64,000 nt of DNA. It comes from Stegostoma tigrinum (lineage: Eukaryota). A program made the translations under genes and the position numbers. The notes beneath the pieces were generated by a model that was not told where the DNA came from, made no database searches, and saw only the letters and a program-made list of their open reading frames with translations. The stretch lies in contig NC_081392.1 in NCBI RefSeq assembly GCF_030684315.1, positions 14,390,427 through 14,454,426 of the forward strand. Direction: 5' to 3'. This document shows, one piece after another, positions 9,912 through 24,900 of the stretch; the stretch's first letter is position 1; each line of letters opens with the position of its first letter.

Positions 9912-12900
9912 GTGAGTTTGCCACCATGTTGTAACATCCACTCTTCCAATTTGGATAACCATAGGAGGTTGAGGGGTGACCATATAGAAGTTCACAAAAT
10001 CAGGAGGGGCATAGATAAGGTGAATAGTCAAAGGTATTTTTCCTATTGCGGGGTAGTTTAAAACCAAGAAGCATATTTTTAAGGTGAAGGGAGAAACCTT
10101 TAAAAAGGAATGAGGTGCAACTTTTTTTACACAGTGGTTCGTGTGTGAAATGAACTGCCAGAGGAAGTGCAGGATGCACGTACAGTTACAACATTTTAAA
10201 AGACATTTGGATAAGTACATGGCTAGGAAAGGTTTGGGGGGATATGGACCAAATGCAGGCAAATGGCACTAGTTTAGTTTGGGAGCATGGTTAGGGTAGA
10301 TTTGTTGGACTGACAGGTCTGCTTCCTTGCTCTACGATTCTATAACGTTGGGGTTAGTTGACGTTAAAACCTGGCTTTGAAAATTCTTTTCCCAATGTAA
10401 GCAACATTCTGCCATCTTTGATTTCCAGAAAAAGGATCCAGCGCAGTTTCTGCAGGTGCACGGTCGAGCATGTAAAATTCACCTGGATTCTGCCGTGGCC
10501 CTTGCTGCCGAGAGTCCTCTCAACATGTGAGTGATACCATACCTGAACCGTTGCATTGTTAAAGTTAACAGTTTTGTAAAGAACACAAATGGAGGCTGCT
10601 GATCAATTAACCATCTTGAGCACAGCTCTTGTGGTACAGGGGTCATGCCTCTCTTTCTTGACCTGTGATAGGGGATGTCTTCTAATTAGTTCAGACAGGC
10701 TGACTAAAGATGATTTTTTTTAATCAAAACGGATTTGGGTCTTGTGACACAGTGGTAGTTACTGTCCCAAACTCTAAGTGAGAGGATTTGGGTTGAAGGC
10801 CCACCTGCCTTGGAGTAATGTCATAACCTGTCAAAACCTGGGTGATAATAAAAATGAGGGTCAAACATAGAATCAATGCACCTGAGTACAGCCCTTGAGC
10901 CTGCTCCAGCCTTCAGTACGATCATGGCAAATCCTGAATCACAGTGCCATATTCCTGCTTTCTCTCCACACCCTTCGATGCCTTCAATATCTAAGGAATT
11001 AAAATTTTGTGATGTAGCGGCAGTATTTCGATACCCAGGCCATGTATGAAGAATGCATACTGAAAGCAAAAGATGTTGGAGGTCACAGCAGGTCAGGCAG
11101 CATCCATGGATGGAAGGCAAGCTAACCTTTCAAGTTTTGATGACTTCATCAGAGATGAAGTGAAGAGACCTGAGTTCAAATCTTATCATGCTCATGGACT
11201 TTCAATACAGCTGAAGTTCCTGGATTTTAAAAGGTCTTTAACAGTGCCCCTCCCTCTGATCCAGCCCATGTCCCACCAAGGTGTGACTTGAGGTGACAAA
11301 AGAGTTTGATTAAGTAATTATAAAAATAGACTTTGCCCCAGAAAGATGTTTTAAGAGGCCGAATATTAGTTAATTCCTTCAGTAATTGTCCTAATGTATA
11401 AAAAGGGGCCTTTCCCTTTAAGACACTATCTATTTGGCTAATTTTTAATTGTTTGCTCGAAAGTGTAAATGAGACCCTTTTTCAAAAGGGTTGTTCATCA
11501 GTATATTTAATTTGTTTTATTGTTTCAAAATTATATATAGAGACTATTAAAGCTACTCATTGTTAAAGTTCCGCTTTGAGAGATTCCTTAGTAAATTTGT
11601 TATCTCTGAGTAATTCAAGATGGAGGACGGGAAAGAATCATGGCTTTAAGAGCTGCCTTTTTGAGGTATTTTCAGTGTTGGAGCCGATTTCCTCACATCC
11701 CAGGAGTAGTAATTACTGTTTTATAAGCTGTTGCCTTGTTTTGGAACTTTAGTGGGGGGAAAAGGATCAAAGTAACGGCACTTCAAAAAAGGAGGAAGAT
11801 ACACCGGCAGTGATCACATGTTGGAAAGTACAGAGATGGTCATTAGTAGAGTGATGTGCTGTTCCTGTTGGATGTGGGAGAGTAGGGAGTTTCCATGTTA
11901 CAGATGAATATGTCTGCAGGAGGTGTTCTTGGTTGTGAATCCTATCAGATCGCGTGGATCAGTTGGAGCAGTAGTTAGACGTTCAAGGCATCTGGATGGG
12001 AATATGAATTGGAAGGGTTTGGAGAGATATGAGTCAAATGCTGGCAGATGGGACTAGATTTGTAGAGGATATCCGGTCATCATGAACAAAATGGACCAAA
12101 GAATCTGTTTTTGTGCTATAAATCTCTGTGACTCTATTTGTTTGACCCCGGTTTGAAAAGGCATTGCTGGGACACAGTTGTTTAGTCAGCAGGAGGCTAA
12201 TATGTGCGATGTTGCATTCTGTGAATAAACTATGGTAATGTGGATTTCTATGCAGATTTATGCTTCACCCGCTGTCTTAGTGTCTATATTATTAATGAAG
12301 ATAGACTGACCAGTGTCAGTCTAAGAGATTTACATTTACGTAGCATCTTCAAGAGCCTAGGATGCCATACTGCCAATGAAATAATTTTGACGTGTAGCCA
12401 CTGGCTGCCACGTTACAACAATTTGCGCAAAGCAAGGTCCCACAAACTGCAGTGTGTAAGTGACTATATTTACACTCTGGGGCAAAATAGTTGGGCAATA
12501 CAGATGGACTGGCTGTTGGCAAGTAGAATTTAATCCTGAAAAATGTGACGTGATTTATTTTAGCAGGACTGTCCAGGCAAGGGAGTACACATTGCTGGGT
12601 AGAATACAAGGGATCCTAAAAACCTCATAGCACCAGGGTCCTGGGTGCAATTCTAATCTCAGGTGACTGTACAAACTTCTTCACGCAGACCATCTCCAAC
12701 TTTCGGCATGAGTTTCCGATTAGCGCTCCAGCTTCTTTCCACAGTCCAAAAGCATATAGGTTAGGTGGATTGGCCATGCTAAATTGCCCCATAGTGTCGA
12801 GGGAATTTTAGGCTACATTGATTTAGCTATGATGAATGTTGGGTTACAAGGACCGGTGCAGACTCAGTAGGCCAAACGGCCTCTATCTGCACTGTAGGGA

Positions 12901-15900
12901 TTCTATGATTCTAAGTACAGATAATCAGCAAGGCCTTAGCTTGCTTGTTCATAGATCCCTGAAGGCAGTGTAACAAGTAGATAAGGTTATAGTAGAAGGC
13001 TTATGTGTGATTCTTGCCTTCATTTATCAAAGTATTGAGCACAAGAAAAGGTGGTTACGATGGAGCAGTATGTAGTTAGGCCACAACTGGAATACTGTGT
13101 GCAGTTCTGGTTGCCATATTATGGGATGGCTGGGAATTTGGTTGTGTAGCAGGCAACAGAAAGTAGAGATTATGTGTAGATACTCAGTTTGGCAGGATGT
13201 CACCCATGTCACAAGATCTGTGTTCGGGTCTTAATTATTCACATTATTAATGACTCAGATAATGGCAAAAAAAGTCATTTCTAAAATAGGTAGCATTGTA
13301 GTCAGTGTAGATATTAGAATAAAATTACAAAGAGGTATTGAAAGACAAAACTGTGACAAATGGAGGTTAATGTAAGCAAGTGTGAGGTTATCCACTTTGA
13401 ACTGAGAAGGGATAGATTCAAGTACTTTCTAGATGGCATGAAGTTAAATACAGTGGATATCAAAACATAAGAACTAGAAGCAGGAGTAGGCCGTCTGGCC
13501 CCTTGAGCCTGCTCCGCCATTTGTTAAGATCGTGGCTGATCTTTTTGAGACTCAGCTCCACTTACCCGCCTGCTCACCATAACCCTTAACTTTTTGAACA
13601 GCAAAGGAATTATCTAGCTTTGCCTTAAAAACATTCAGTGAGGTAGCTTCAACTGCTTCACTGGGCAGGGAATTCCACGGATTCACAACTGTTTGGGTGA
13701 AGAAGTTCCTCCTGACCTCAGTCCTACATCTGCTTCCCTTTATTTTGAGGCGATGCCCTCTAGTCCTAGTTTCACCTGCTAGAGGAAACAACCTCCCTGC
13801 CTCCACTGTATCTATTCCCTTCATAATCTTATATGTTTCTTATAAGATCTCTCCTCATTCTTCTGAATTCCATTGAATATAATCCCAGTCTACTCAGTCT
13901 CTCCTCATAATCCAACCCTCTCAACTGAGGGAATCTCTTCTGTACCCCCTCCAGTGCCAGTATATCCCTTTTCAAGTAAGGAGACCAAAACTGCACACAC
14001 TACTCCAGGTGTGGCCTCATGAGGACCCTATACAGCTGCAGCATAGCCTCCCTGTTTTTAAACTCCAACACTCTAGCAATGACAGACAAAATTCCATTTG
14101 CCTTTTTAATTACCTGCTGCACCTGCAGTCCTGCTTTTAGAGATTCATGCACAAGGACACCCAAGTCCCTCTGCACAGCAGCATGCTGTAATTTTTTTTA
14201 CCATTTAAAATATAGTCCGTTTTGCTGTTATTCCTACCAAAATGGATGACCTCACACTTATCAACATTGTACTCCATATGCTAGACCTTTGCCCACTCAC
14301 TTAGACTATCTATTATCCCTCTGTAGATTTTCATCGTCTTCTGCACACTTTGCTGTACCACTCATCTTAGTGTCATCTGCAAATTTTGACACACCACACT
14401 TAGTACCCAATTCCAAAATTGTAAACAGTTGCGGTTCCAACACTGATCCCTGAGGTACACCGCTAGCCACTGACCGCCAACCAGAAAAACACCCATTTAC
14501 CCCTACTCTTTGCTTTCTACTGGTCAACCAATCCTCTATCCATGCCAGTACATTACTTTGTAATACTGTGGAACTTTATCTGATATAGCAGCCTTTGGCA
14601 TGGCACCTTGTCAAATGCCTTCTGGAAATCCAGACAGACCACATCCACTGGATCCTCATTGCCCCCCATGCAAGTAATGTCCTCAAAGAATACCACCAAA
14701 TTAGTTAAACATGACCTACCCTTCATGAATCCATGCTGGCTGTTTCTCAATGGGACAACTTATATGGACGTATATGGAATAGTTTAGGTTAGATGGTCTT
14801 CAGATTGGTATGGCAGGTCGGCACAACATTGAGGGCCGAATGGCCTGTACTGTGCTGTAATATTCTGTGTTCTATGTTATATCTAGATGTCTTGCTATTT
14901 CTTCCTTAATGATAAATTCAAACATTTTCCCCACTACCGAAGTTAAGCTAACTGGCCTATAGTTACCTACTTCTTGTCCACTTGCTTTTTAAACAGTGGC
15001 GTCACATTGGCTGTTTTCCAATCTGTGGGAACCAACCCAGAGCCCAGTGAATTTTGGTAAATAATTACCAGTACATTTGCTACTTGCCCCATCACCTCTT
15101 TTAGGACCCTCTGCATTTCATCAGGGCCAGGAGACTTGTCTACCTTTGGCCCCATTAGCTTGCCCAGCGCTGCCTCCTCAGTGATAATGATAGTTTCTTT
15201 GTCCTCACCTGCTCTAATTTTGCCATCAGTTTTCGGCATGTTATTTGTGTCTTCCACTGTGAAGACCGACACAAAATAACTGTTTAACGCTTTGGCTGTT
15301 TCCTCATTCCCAGTTATTAAATTGGCCTTCTCATCCTCTAAAGGACCAATGTTTACCTTCGCCACTGTTTTATGATTTACACATTTATAGAAACTTTTTC
15401 TGCCTGTTTTTATATTCTGAGCTAGTTTACTCTCATGATCTATCTTACTTTTCATTTTTTTTAATGGGTTTCTGTTAGCCTTTAAAGACTTCCTAGTTTA
15501 CTAGTTTCCTACTAATCTTTGCTTTTTGGTATGTGTTTTTTTCAATCTGATACTTTCCTTTATTTCTTTAGACATCCATGGCTGACTTTCTCTTTTCCTA
15601 CAGTTCTTCCTTATCACTAGAATATACTTCTGCTGAGTACTGTGAAAAATCGTTTTTGAAAGTCCTCCACTGTTCCTCAGTTGATGTACCAGAAACTTTT
15701 TCGTCCAATTCTACCTTAGCTAACTCCTCCCTCATCCCATCATAGTCTCCTTTGTTTAAGCACGGGACATTGGTACTGGATTTAACCTTCTCACGTTCCA
15801 TCTGTATTTTAAATTTGACCGTACTGTGATCACTCCTTCTGAGAAGATCCCTAACTGAGATCATTCATTATTCCTGTCTCATTACACAGGACTAGATGGA

Positions 15901-18900
15901 GGGTAGCTTGCTCCCCCGCAGGTTCCATTACATATTGTTCAAGGAAATCATCGTGGATGCATTCTATGAACCCCTCCTCAAGGCTGCCATGACCGACCTG
16001 GTTTGACCAAGTGATATGTAGATTAAAATTCCCCATGATAATTGCTGTACTATTTTTACATGCATTAGCTATTTCTATGTTTATTGCCTGCCCCACCACG
16101 ATGTCATTATTTGGTGGCCTATAGACCACATCTACCAGTGACAACTTCTCCCTGCTATTCCTAATTTCCACCCAAATGGATTCAGCGTTTTGTTCACTAG
16201 AACCTATGTCATCTCTCACTACTGCCCTGATACATTCCTCAAAAATCAGAGCAACACCACCTCCCTTACCTTCTTGTCTGTCCTTCCGAACAGTTTGATA
16301 TCCCTGGATATTTAACTCGCAGTCATGACCATCCTGCAACCATGTCTCTGTATTGGCCACTAACTCATACCCATTTGCCATGATTTGTGCCATCAACTCA
16401 TCCAGCTTGTTTCGAATGCTCCGAGCATTCAGATAAAGTGCCCTAATGCCGGTTTTTGCACCTTCTTTTTCAGTCCTATCACCTCCATTACTAACAGCTC
16501 TTGAGTTCTCCTTCCCTTTAGCTTTTTTCCTGATTTTTTTCAATGGATTGGAAACTTCCTCATCACCTGCTGCTTTGCCTTCCCTTAATTTTTATACTCC
16601 CTGTACGCTCACTCCTCCCTTTCTCCCTCCCTATTTACTAGTTTAAAGTTCTATTGATCACCTTATTTACCCTTTTTGCCAGAACACTGGACCCGGCCCT
16701 GTTCAGTTGGAGCCCATCCCACCTGAGAGTTGGAGGTTCAGCTGCACAGATCTTTAAAATGTCACAAACAGGTGTAGAAAATAATCAAGAAAGCTAATGG
16801 AATACAGGCATTGATATCCAGTGAACTAGAGTACAGGCTGCAGCTGTAAAAATCCTGGTTAGACCTTGGAGCACTGTGAGCAGATCTGGGCACCATACCT
16901 TATGAAAGATATATTGGCTATGGAAGCTGTATAATGCAGGTTTGCAGGAATGGTTCTTGGACTTCAGGGTTGGGTTATGTTAGGAGGGATTATACAAATC
17001 AGGCCTGTTTATTATTTTCCTAGAATATAGAGGATCTGATTGAAGATTTCAGGATATTAACAGGAAAATATAGTATAAATAAGGAGAAATTATTCCTGTT
17101 GGTTGGGGTTTCTATAACTAGGGGGCATAATCTGAGAATTAGGGCCAGACTGTTTAGGAGAGATGTTAGGAAGCACTTAAACACGCAAAGGGTGGTAGAG
17201 GCTCTCTTCCACAAATACCAGTGGATGCTAGATCAGTTCATTTTAAAATCTGAGATAGATATCTTTTTTGTTCAGCAAAGGTATTAGGGGATGTGGCTAA
17301 AGGTAGGTATATGGAGTTAGGTCACAGAACAACCATGACCGAATTGAATGGCAGAACAGGCTTGAGAGATTGAATGACCTATAACTATAGCTATGATGTG
17401 ATTACACTAAATAAGGTTCGGAAAGCATTTACTGGGATGTTGCCTGGCCTAGAGCAATTCTGTTATGAAGAGAGATTTGATGGGTTGGCGTTGTTTTCCT
17501 TAGCGCAGAGAAGGCTGAGGGGAGGCTATGATTGGTGCATACAAAATTATGAGGGGTGTAGATGAAATAGATAGGGTGAAACTTTACAATAACCTCTCAG
17601 TAACTAGAGGGCACGGTCTTTAAGTAAAGAGCAGGAGGTTTGGAGGGGATTTGAGGAAACAATTTTTCGTGGGTATCTGGAACTCACCGCCTAAAAGAGT
17701 GACAGAGTTGGGAACGCTCAAGACATAAGAACTACTTGGATGAGTGCTTGAAATGTAATAGCATACAAAGTTATGAGCCAAGTGCTAGAAAATGGAGTTA
17801 GAATGAAGGATGTTTGGTGATCACCGTGTAGACAATGGGCAGCTTTCTCTGCTATAAAGCTCTGACTTTGAGTCAAGATAAAGATTGGCCGAAATGCCAG
17901 CTGCTGTCTTTGAAAGACTGCCATCTATTCACAATGACAGCTGGGGACTTAGCATTTGGAATGTTTGCATCTCTGACAGTGCAGTATTCCTCCAGTATCA
18001 CCCTGCAGTGTCAGCGTTAATACATGTGTTAAGGTCCTGGAGCGAGACTTTAATCTACGACCTTCAGACCATAAGGCAAGCATGCTACCCGTCGAGTTAT
18101 GGCTGCCAATCCCCTCTGCTTTCCAATAATGTGCGGTGTTCTGTCTGTTGCCAAGATACGTTTTGGTGCTGTTACCTTCTTGGTGCTTAGTATGCCAAGT
18201 GAAACAAAGTTAATGGGCAGTCTTCTGTTAGTAACAATAAGAAGAGTTGGGAACAGGAGTAGACAGATAAATTGAATACTGTGGGTTCAGATGAAGTTGC
18301 CACAAGTTGTTGAGCTTCTGTACTTCCTGAGCTGAGAAGGCTTCATTGTTGACATGTCAGCTTAGGTCGCAGTTATAGGGTATTATTAGAGAATTGCATG
18401 GCACCCACACTAGCTGCTTCCAGCAGTTGTGCAATTTCTCTACATATTAATAATTCCAGTTGAAGGACTGATTAAGAGTAATTCTTTAGCTTATCCTGCT
18501 GACTGAAGTCCCAACTGTTTTTGTTATAGGTTTTCATTTACATACCAGGCTTCTGTTCTAAACTTGTTGGCTCTTCCAACATTAAAAGGTGCTGACATAT
18601 GAAGAAAGTTTTTTTTTAATTTGCTCAGACAACGCAGGCCACTTTGGCTAGGCCAGCATTTATGAATTTGCACACATTACTACTAATATCCTGGCTCTGT
18701 GGGTAGCATTGCATGTTGTGAATTCACTTCCCCCTTTGGAGATTTATGTACATAATTCATGTGGGCACTCCCATTGTCAGTGCTGAATTATTCCCTGTAC
18801 ACTGTCTGCTCCTGATTTGGTTCAGCCAAACTAATGGTTTTGTGTTTTAATTTCTCAAGGATGCCCTGGCAGGGTGATACAAACAACATGATTGATCGGT

Positions 18901-21900
18901 TTGATGTTCGGGCTCATCTGGATTACATCCTGGAGTATACACCACCTTTTCTGAGCGCTCTGTGAGTATCAACTTGATGGAAAAAGAGGAAACTCATATC
19001 GACCCTGGTCAAGTGAAATTTCTCTCCTTTTGGCTTCCTCTAATTGCCAAAAGATCCTGAAAACTTCAGACCTCCACTCAATTTTAACCAAGTGCCTATC
19101 CACAATGACCTAAACTAATGGGCATTAAGGAAATACATGTGTACATAACAATTAATAACTGGAATAGGCCCTTGATCCTTCAAACCTGCTCCCCCATTCA
19201 GTAAGATCATGGCAGATCTGATTATGGTCTCAACTCCATAGTTCTGCCTGGTTCCAATAACTTTTCCTTAGACAGAAACGTGAAAACCCACAATTTAACC
19301 GTCTAGAGATACAAAGGCAGGGGAAACATCAGAACACCACTGCCTGCAGGTTCCAGTCCTTTGGGAAATATATTATTGTTTCTGGGTCAAAATCATGGAA
19401 ACTCCCTCTCTAAGCACTGTGGGTATACCAGATGGACTGCAGAAGTTGTAGGCAACTTCGTGCTACCTTTTCAAGAGCATGTAGAGGAAGACAATAAATG
19501 GTGGCTCAGACAGTGATTTATACATCCTGCGAGCGAATTTTTAAAAATTCCTTTGCTTATTAAGAATCTGTCTCCCTCTTGTCTTAAAATTGTCCTAAAC
19601 TTAAATCTCACTGCCCAGTGAGGAAAACAATTCCAAAGGCACCCAACCTGTGAGAAAAAAATCCACCTCTGTTTTAGAGCAGCCCCTTATTTTTAAACAA
19701 TGGCGTGTCTAATTTAGAACATTCTGAAGTACTTGCCCAAACACTCTATGATGTATCTCGGGAGCAGGTGGAACTTGGGCCTTCCAGTTTCAGAGATAAG
19801 GACACTACCAGTGTGCCACAAGATCTCAAGTCACTTCTCATTCCTCTAAATCCAGCCTAGCCTACCCCAGTCTTTCCTCCTAATACAGTCCCATCCATGT
19901 TGGTCCCGTATTGGTGTTTGTTGCTTGAGTTTGCATAGAATTACATCTGTAAAGGAACAGCCTGCCATTACACAGGGTGCCCCTTAATTCAGGCCATCAC
20001 CACACCTCCCACTGGCCTGCTGAGCACACACCTTTCCTGGTGATCTAGCCGACCATCTGGTTGGGTTACTCCCATAGCTGCGTCAGGCTCCGTTGCATTC
20101 GCTTCCCTTAAATGCGACAATAGAGCATTAAAATTAACAGAGATGTTGACCTCTGTCCATAGGAGAGACATTGATGTAGTGGTAATGTCACTAGACTAGT
20201 AATCCACAGACCCAGGAAAATGCCCTGGGACCACTGCTTCAAACTCAATCTCAGCATCTGGAGAAATTTAAAATCAATAATTTCTTTAAAGAATAAAAGA
20301 CTGGAACAGTGATGATGATCATGAAACTTGTCAGTCTATCATAAAATCCCATTCAATTTACTGAAGTCCTTTACCTGCTCTGACTATAGATTTTTTTCAG
20401 ACCCACAGCACTGGTTGACTTTAACTGCCCTGTGAATGATTGAGCAAACCATTCTGTTCAGGGGCAATTAGAGATGGGCAGCAAGTGCCAGTCTTGCTAG
20501 TGACATCCACATCCCATGAAAGAAGAAAGAAAACACAGCTGGTGAGGATATGAATAGGAAGGGCTTCGAGGGCTAAGGGCCAAATGCTGTCAAATGGGAC
20601 TAGATTACTTTGGGATATCTGGACAAGTTGGCCTGAGGGATTTGTTTCCATGCTGTAAACGCTATGACTAAACAAGAAATGAGATGGAGCTCTCGCTTCT
20701 GATTACATGCTTTGGGCAGAGAATTCCAGTAATCCACAGTCCTGTGATGAAAGGATTCATCTTCATGCCCGTCTGAAACAACTGACCCCTTTCCTGTACT
20801 CAACTTCTCCCTGGTATTCTTGATAATCTAAACAGTTGGAGCTTCACACCAGCTTTTTGTTGACCTGAAAGTTGCAAGCTCAAGTAATATCTCTTAATTA
20901 GACCATTTTGTGGTTGTTTGAAGAACAGACCCTGTGTCTAATTCAAACATTTTACACTTGTGATGAAAGTTTAATTTTTCTTCTTCAGCTCTCCAGAACA
21001 TGACAATGATGAACGGAAGTGTAATTACGAGCGGTACAGAGGTCTGGTGCAGAATGATTTTGCAGGCAGTAAGTTTCAAGGTTGTTTTTTGAATCACTTT
21101 ATCTGTAACCCTTGCCAAATTTCTGGCTGTGGAGCTGTTGCAGTAGATCAGCTGGCTAATTGGCCAAACTGGTGGTTGTCCTAATCATTTTTAAAAAGAA
21201 ACCTGACCTTTTCAATTTCTCGTGATGATATACCCTGTCATTTAACCTTGACGATCCACAGGCAGTTCCATGGAGATCAGTTTTGTTTTCTGTTTCCCAA
21301 AAATGCAGAATGAATTTTTATTGGAACCATTGATGGCTGCAGCTCCTCCATTACAGTTGTTGAGCCATCACTTGTTGAAAGAAGTCTGAACAATATTGGA
21401 AATATACAACAGCCACCTGAAGGAAGAAACGTATAGAAGCCTAGGAGCAAGGCCAGAAGCCAATCAGCCATTCAAACCAGTTCCATCATCCAGTTAGATC
21501 ACTGTTTATTTGTATCTCAGCTGCCCAACTGTCCAACCTGTCTATTACATCAGAAGATAAGAGCATGGGTAGGCTATTCAGCCCATTAATCATGCTCTCT
21601 CATTCAATAAGATCGTGGATGATATGACAGTGGTCTCAGCTCCACTTTCCTGTCTGACCCCCACTACTTAACTTCCTTGTAAGCAGAAATCTGGCTGCCT
21701 CTTCCTTGAGTAAACTGAGTGACCTAGTTTTAGAGAATTTCGGAGATAAACAGCTCTCCGAGAAAAGATATTGCTGTTCATCTGTGGGAGATTCCTTCTT
21801 TCAAAGTATTAAACCTTCTTGGATCTCTTTCTGTATTTCAGTTGCTGAGGAGCAGTGCCTGTACCAGATCTACATCGATGAGCTGTACGGGGGCATGCAG

Positions 21901-24900
21901 AAACCCAACGACGATGAGAAGAAGAAGTATGTTCAGAATCCAGGGGGAGGGAGGGTGAAAGGATGCAACAGGAAATAGCTATGCATTATCCCTCTCTTTT
22001 GTTGCCCAGACTCTCTGATACCTTAATGCCCAAATGGACCAGGTTTGTGTTGAGTGAATTGATGTTAATCAGGGCTACTGCTAGTAGCACTGTTGCCCTC
22101 TTAAAGGGATGGGTATTGAAGGCAAAGAAGGAAAGTGTGTTTATAGCTCAGGACCATTTGGTCCAACTGGTCAGTGGTGGTGTTTAACATTTCCTCCAGA
22201 GCCTAATCCCATCCCTCTGCATTTCACCCTTCTCATTCCTTTTTCCAGCATGTTTAATCATCTCTCACTTAATTGTGTCCAATGCTGGTTCACTTCAGCC
22301 ACTCCCTTTGGGGTGAAGACATTTCTCCTGAATTCCCCATTGGTGTTTATTAATTACTGTCATGTCGTTATGGCCCCTAAGTCTGATGTTGCTTTCAAAT
22401 GGAAACAGCTTCTCTGCATCTAGCCTTTCATACACTTAAGCACCTCTCAGATCAGCCCCTCTGCAATTTTTCTCTTGTAGAGAAAAGAGCCCCATCCTGT
22501 TTACTTTTTTTTTTCTGAAACCCAAATTGTCTCATATCTGACTTCTGCCAGCATTCTTATTCTTGCTAGCTGTCTGCTGAGGTTGGAGATTGTGGAATCC
22601 TTACAGTGTGGGACCAGGCCACCCAGCCCATGGAGTCCACAATGATCCTCAATAGAGCACCCCACCCAGACATCCACATAACCCTGCATTTCCTCTGAGG
22701 TGCTGCTCACCTGCAATACCCTTATAGCAGACTAGTTTTCAGACCCCCAAATAAAATGTGCCTGCGAAACACTGCGTACTCAGAAGCACAAACTGTAAAA
22801 ATTAAGAGAGTGTTAAGAATTCATTCCATAACGACACTGACTAGTTTGTGTGAAGTAACTTGCAATTTCAACACATCTGAATTCTATAACACGGTTAACA
22901 GCAGTAAGGATTTGCTTTGAATTCTGTGGCTTTTATCTCAAACAGCAGAATGGCATTCCATGTGGAACAGGCTGGGGGTAAAGTCTCCTTTCCTGTCACG
23001 TTTTGCCTCGGCCTTTGAATGCCATCACTTTGGTAACAAGTACGAAACATTTTCTCAGCAGACTGGAATCTGTAAATCTTTAACTGTTTGTCAATTGCTG
23101 TTTAGATGCTGAGGGTCCCTTCAAAGAATTATCTTTAATTTATACACTGGCTTATCACTGTCTCTTAGAAATTCTGTATAATAAAGTTAGGTAAATCTTG
23201 CAGTACCAGAAATAGGCCATTTGACCCCCGTTCCACATGATCCTCCCAGCTTCGGAGCATCATTTCCCCACCCCCAGCTTACCCTTCAGTTTCTGTTTCC
23301 TTTATCTATTTAAACTCTTAAATGCATCAGTGCTATTTACTTAGCAAGTTCAACGCCCTCACAGCAACTTGCAGAAAGAAGAGTGCAAAAGATCTCCCTG
23401 TGTAACAAACTATGTTCCTGTGCTATGAATTTTCTGCAGCAATAATTTGATGACAGCCAGATCCAACCCTTTCTCTTTCCTCACTCCAATTAATAGTCTG
23501 TCCATCTTCCTCCATAACAGACTGGCAGAAAAGAAAGCTTCCATTGGCTACACTTACGATGACAGCTCAGTAACCACAGATGAAAAGATTGAGGAGAGGG
23601 ACGAAGATGAAGAGGAAGATTCAGATGAGAAGAGTGACTCGGATGAAGAGATCCCAGACATAGGTGAGACTGCGATGTTTCTGTAAACTGTCCCTGAAAC
23701 TTTCACAGTAGAAATTGACAATGTCAAATATCGTAAACAACGAGGTTACTCAGTTGCTTCTGTTAATTTTCATTTATCCATGGATGTGGGCGTCACTGGC
23801 TGGACCAGCATTTATTTCCCATCCCTAATTGCCTAAGTTAAGAGTCAGCCACATTGCTGTGGGTCTGGAGTAGTTGGGACCAAAAAGATGGCAGGTTTCC
23901 TTCCCTAAAGGACATTAGATGGATTTTTCCTGACAATTGACAATGGTTTGACGGTTATCATTAGACTGTTATTTCCAGATTATTATTGAATTCAAATTCC
24001 ATCATTTGCCATGGTGGGATTCGAACCCAGGTCTCCCACCTGGCTTCCTGGGTTAACGGTCTAGCGATAATACCGCTGGGCCATCACCTCTTAATATGTC
24101 AAGGTCAAATTTCTGACCCTAGTGGTGACCTGTGGGTTTTCATGAGATTTGACCAGCACCTCACCTGGCTTTCAGAAGCACAGTAATTTGAGAGGAAAAT
24201 TTAATGGGCTTAGAAATATGATAATGAAACTGGGTGATCTGAAATAAATTAGAAAGTTACTGAAAATACAGAATAGGACAGACACGAGAAAAGAATGCTT
24301 AATGTTTTAGATGCATGGACATCAGAGGCATTCCATTCTGACAGTGCATCTGCATCCTGAGTAACATTTTAGTTTAGATCCCCTCGGACTTGCAAGTCAG
24401 CCTGCAGTACATTTCAAGGTTAAGTGGGTGCTGTAGTCATTTATGTAAACTGCTATTATGATACAGCTGAGTTGAAGTTAAGGGTATTATTTTAAGCTAA
24501 GACTGACTCACGTAACAGAACTTCAAAAGTTAGTCAGTGTTGAGATGTTTTGAAATGCATAGCAGTCCATTGATACCTAAGGTGAACAAAACAATGCTGT
24601 TTTCATTGTGTTGGAGGGAGAACTCCTTAAGTGTTACCATGGGAACTTTTAATGTCAGGCTTGACTTTTCGTCTGCATGTCTGATAGTGTAGCACTCCAC
24701 TGAAGTGTCATGATACGTGCTCCTGATTTGGGAGTCAAGATCAAACCTGTCACTTCATGGTTCTGGTTAACTGAACGAAGGTGACATGATTAATGTAATT
24801 TGCACAGTGGAAGTAAATTCTCCACTCCATGATAAACATGTCTATAGACAATAGCTGCAGGAGTATGCCATTCGGCCCTTCGAGCCAGCACCACCATTCA

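Noticed and set aside
13552-16543. Endonuclease/RT ORFs as an active retroelement
   Set aside because: ORF2 is broken by frameshifts, stops, deletions and a nested insertion.
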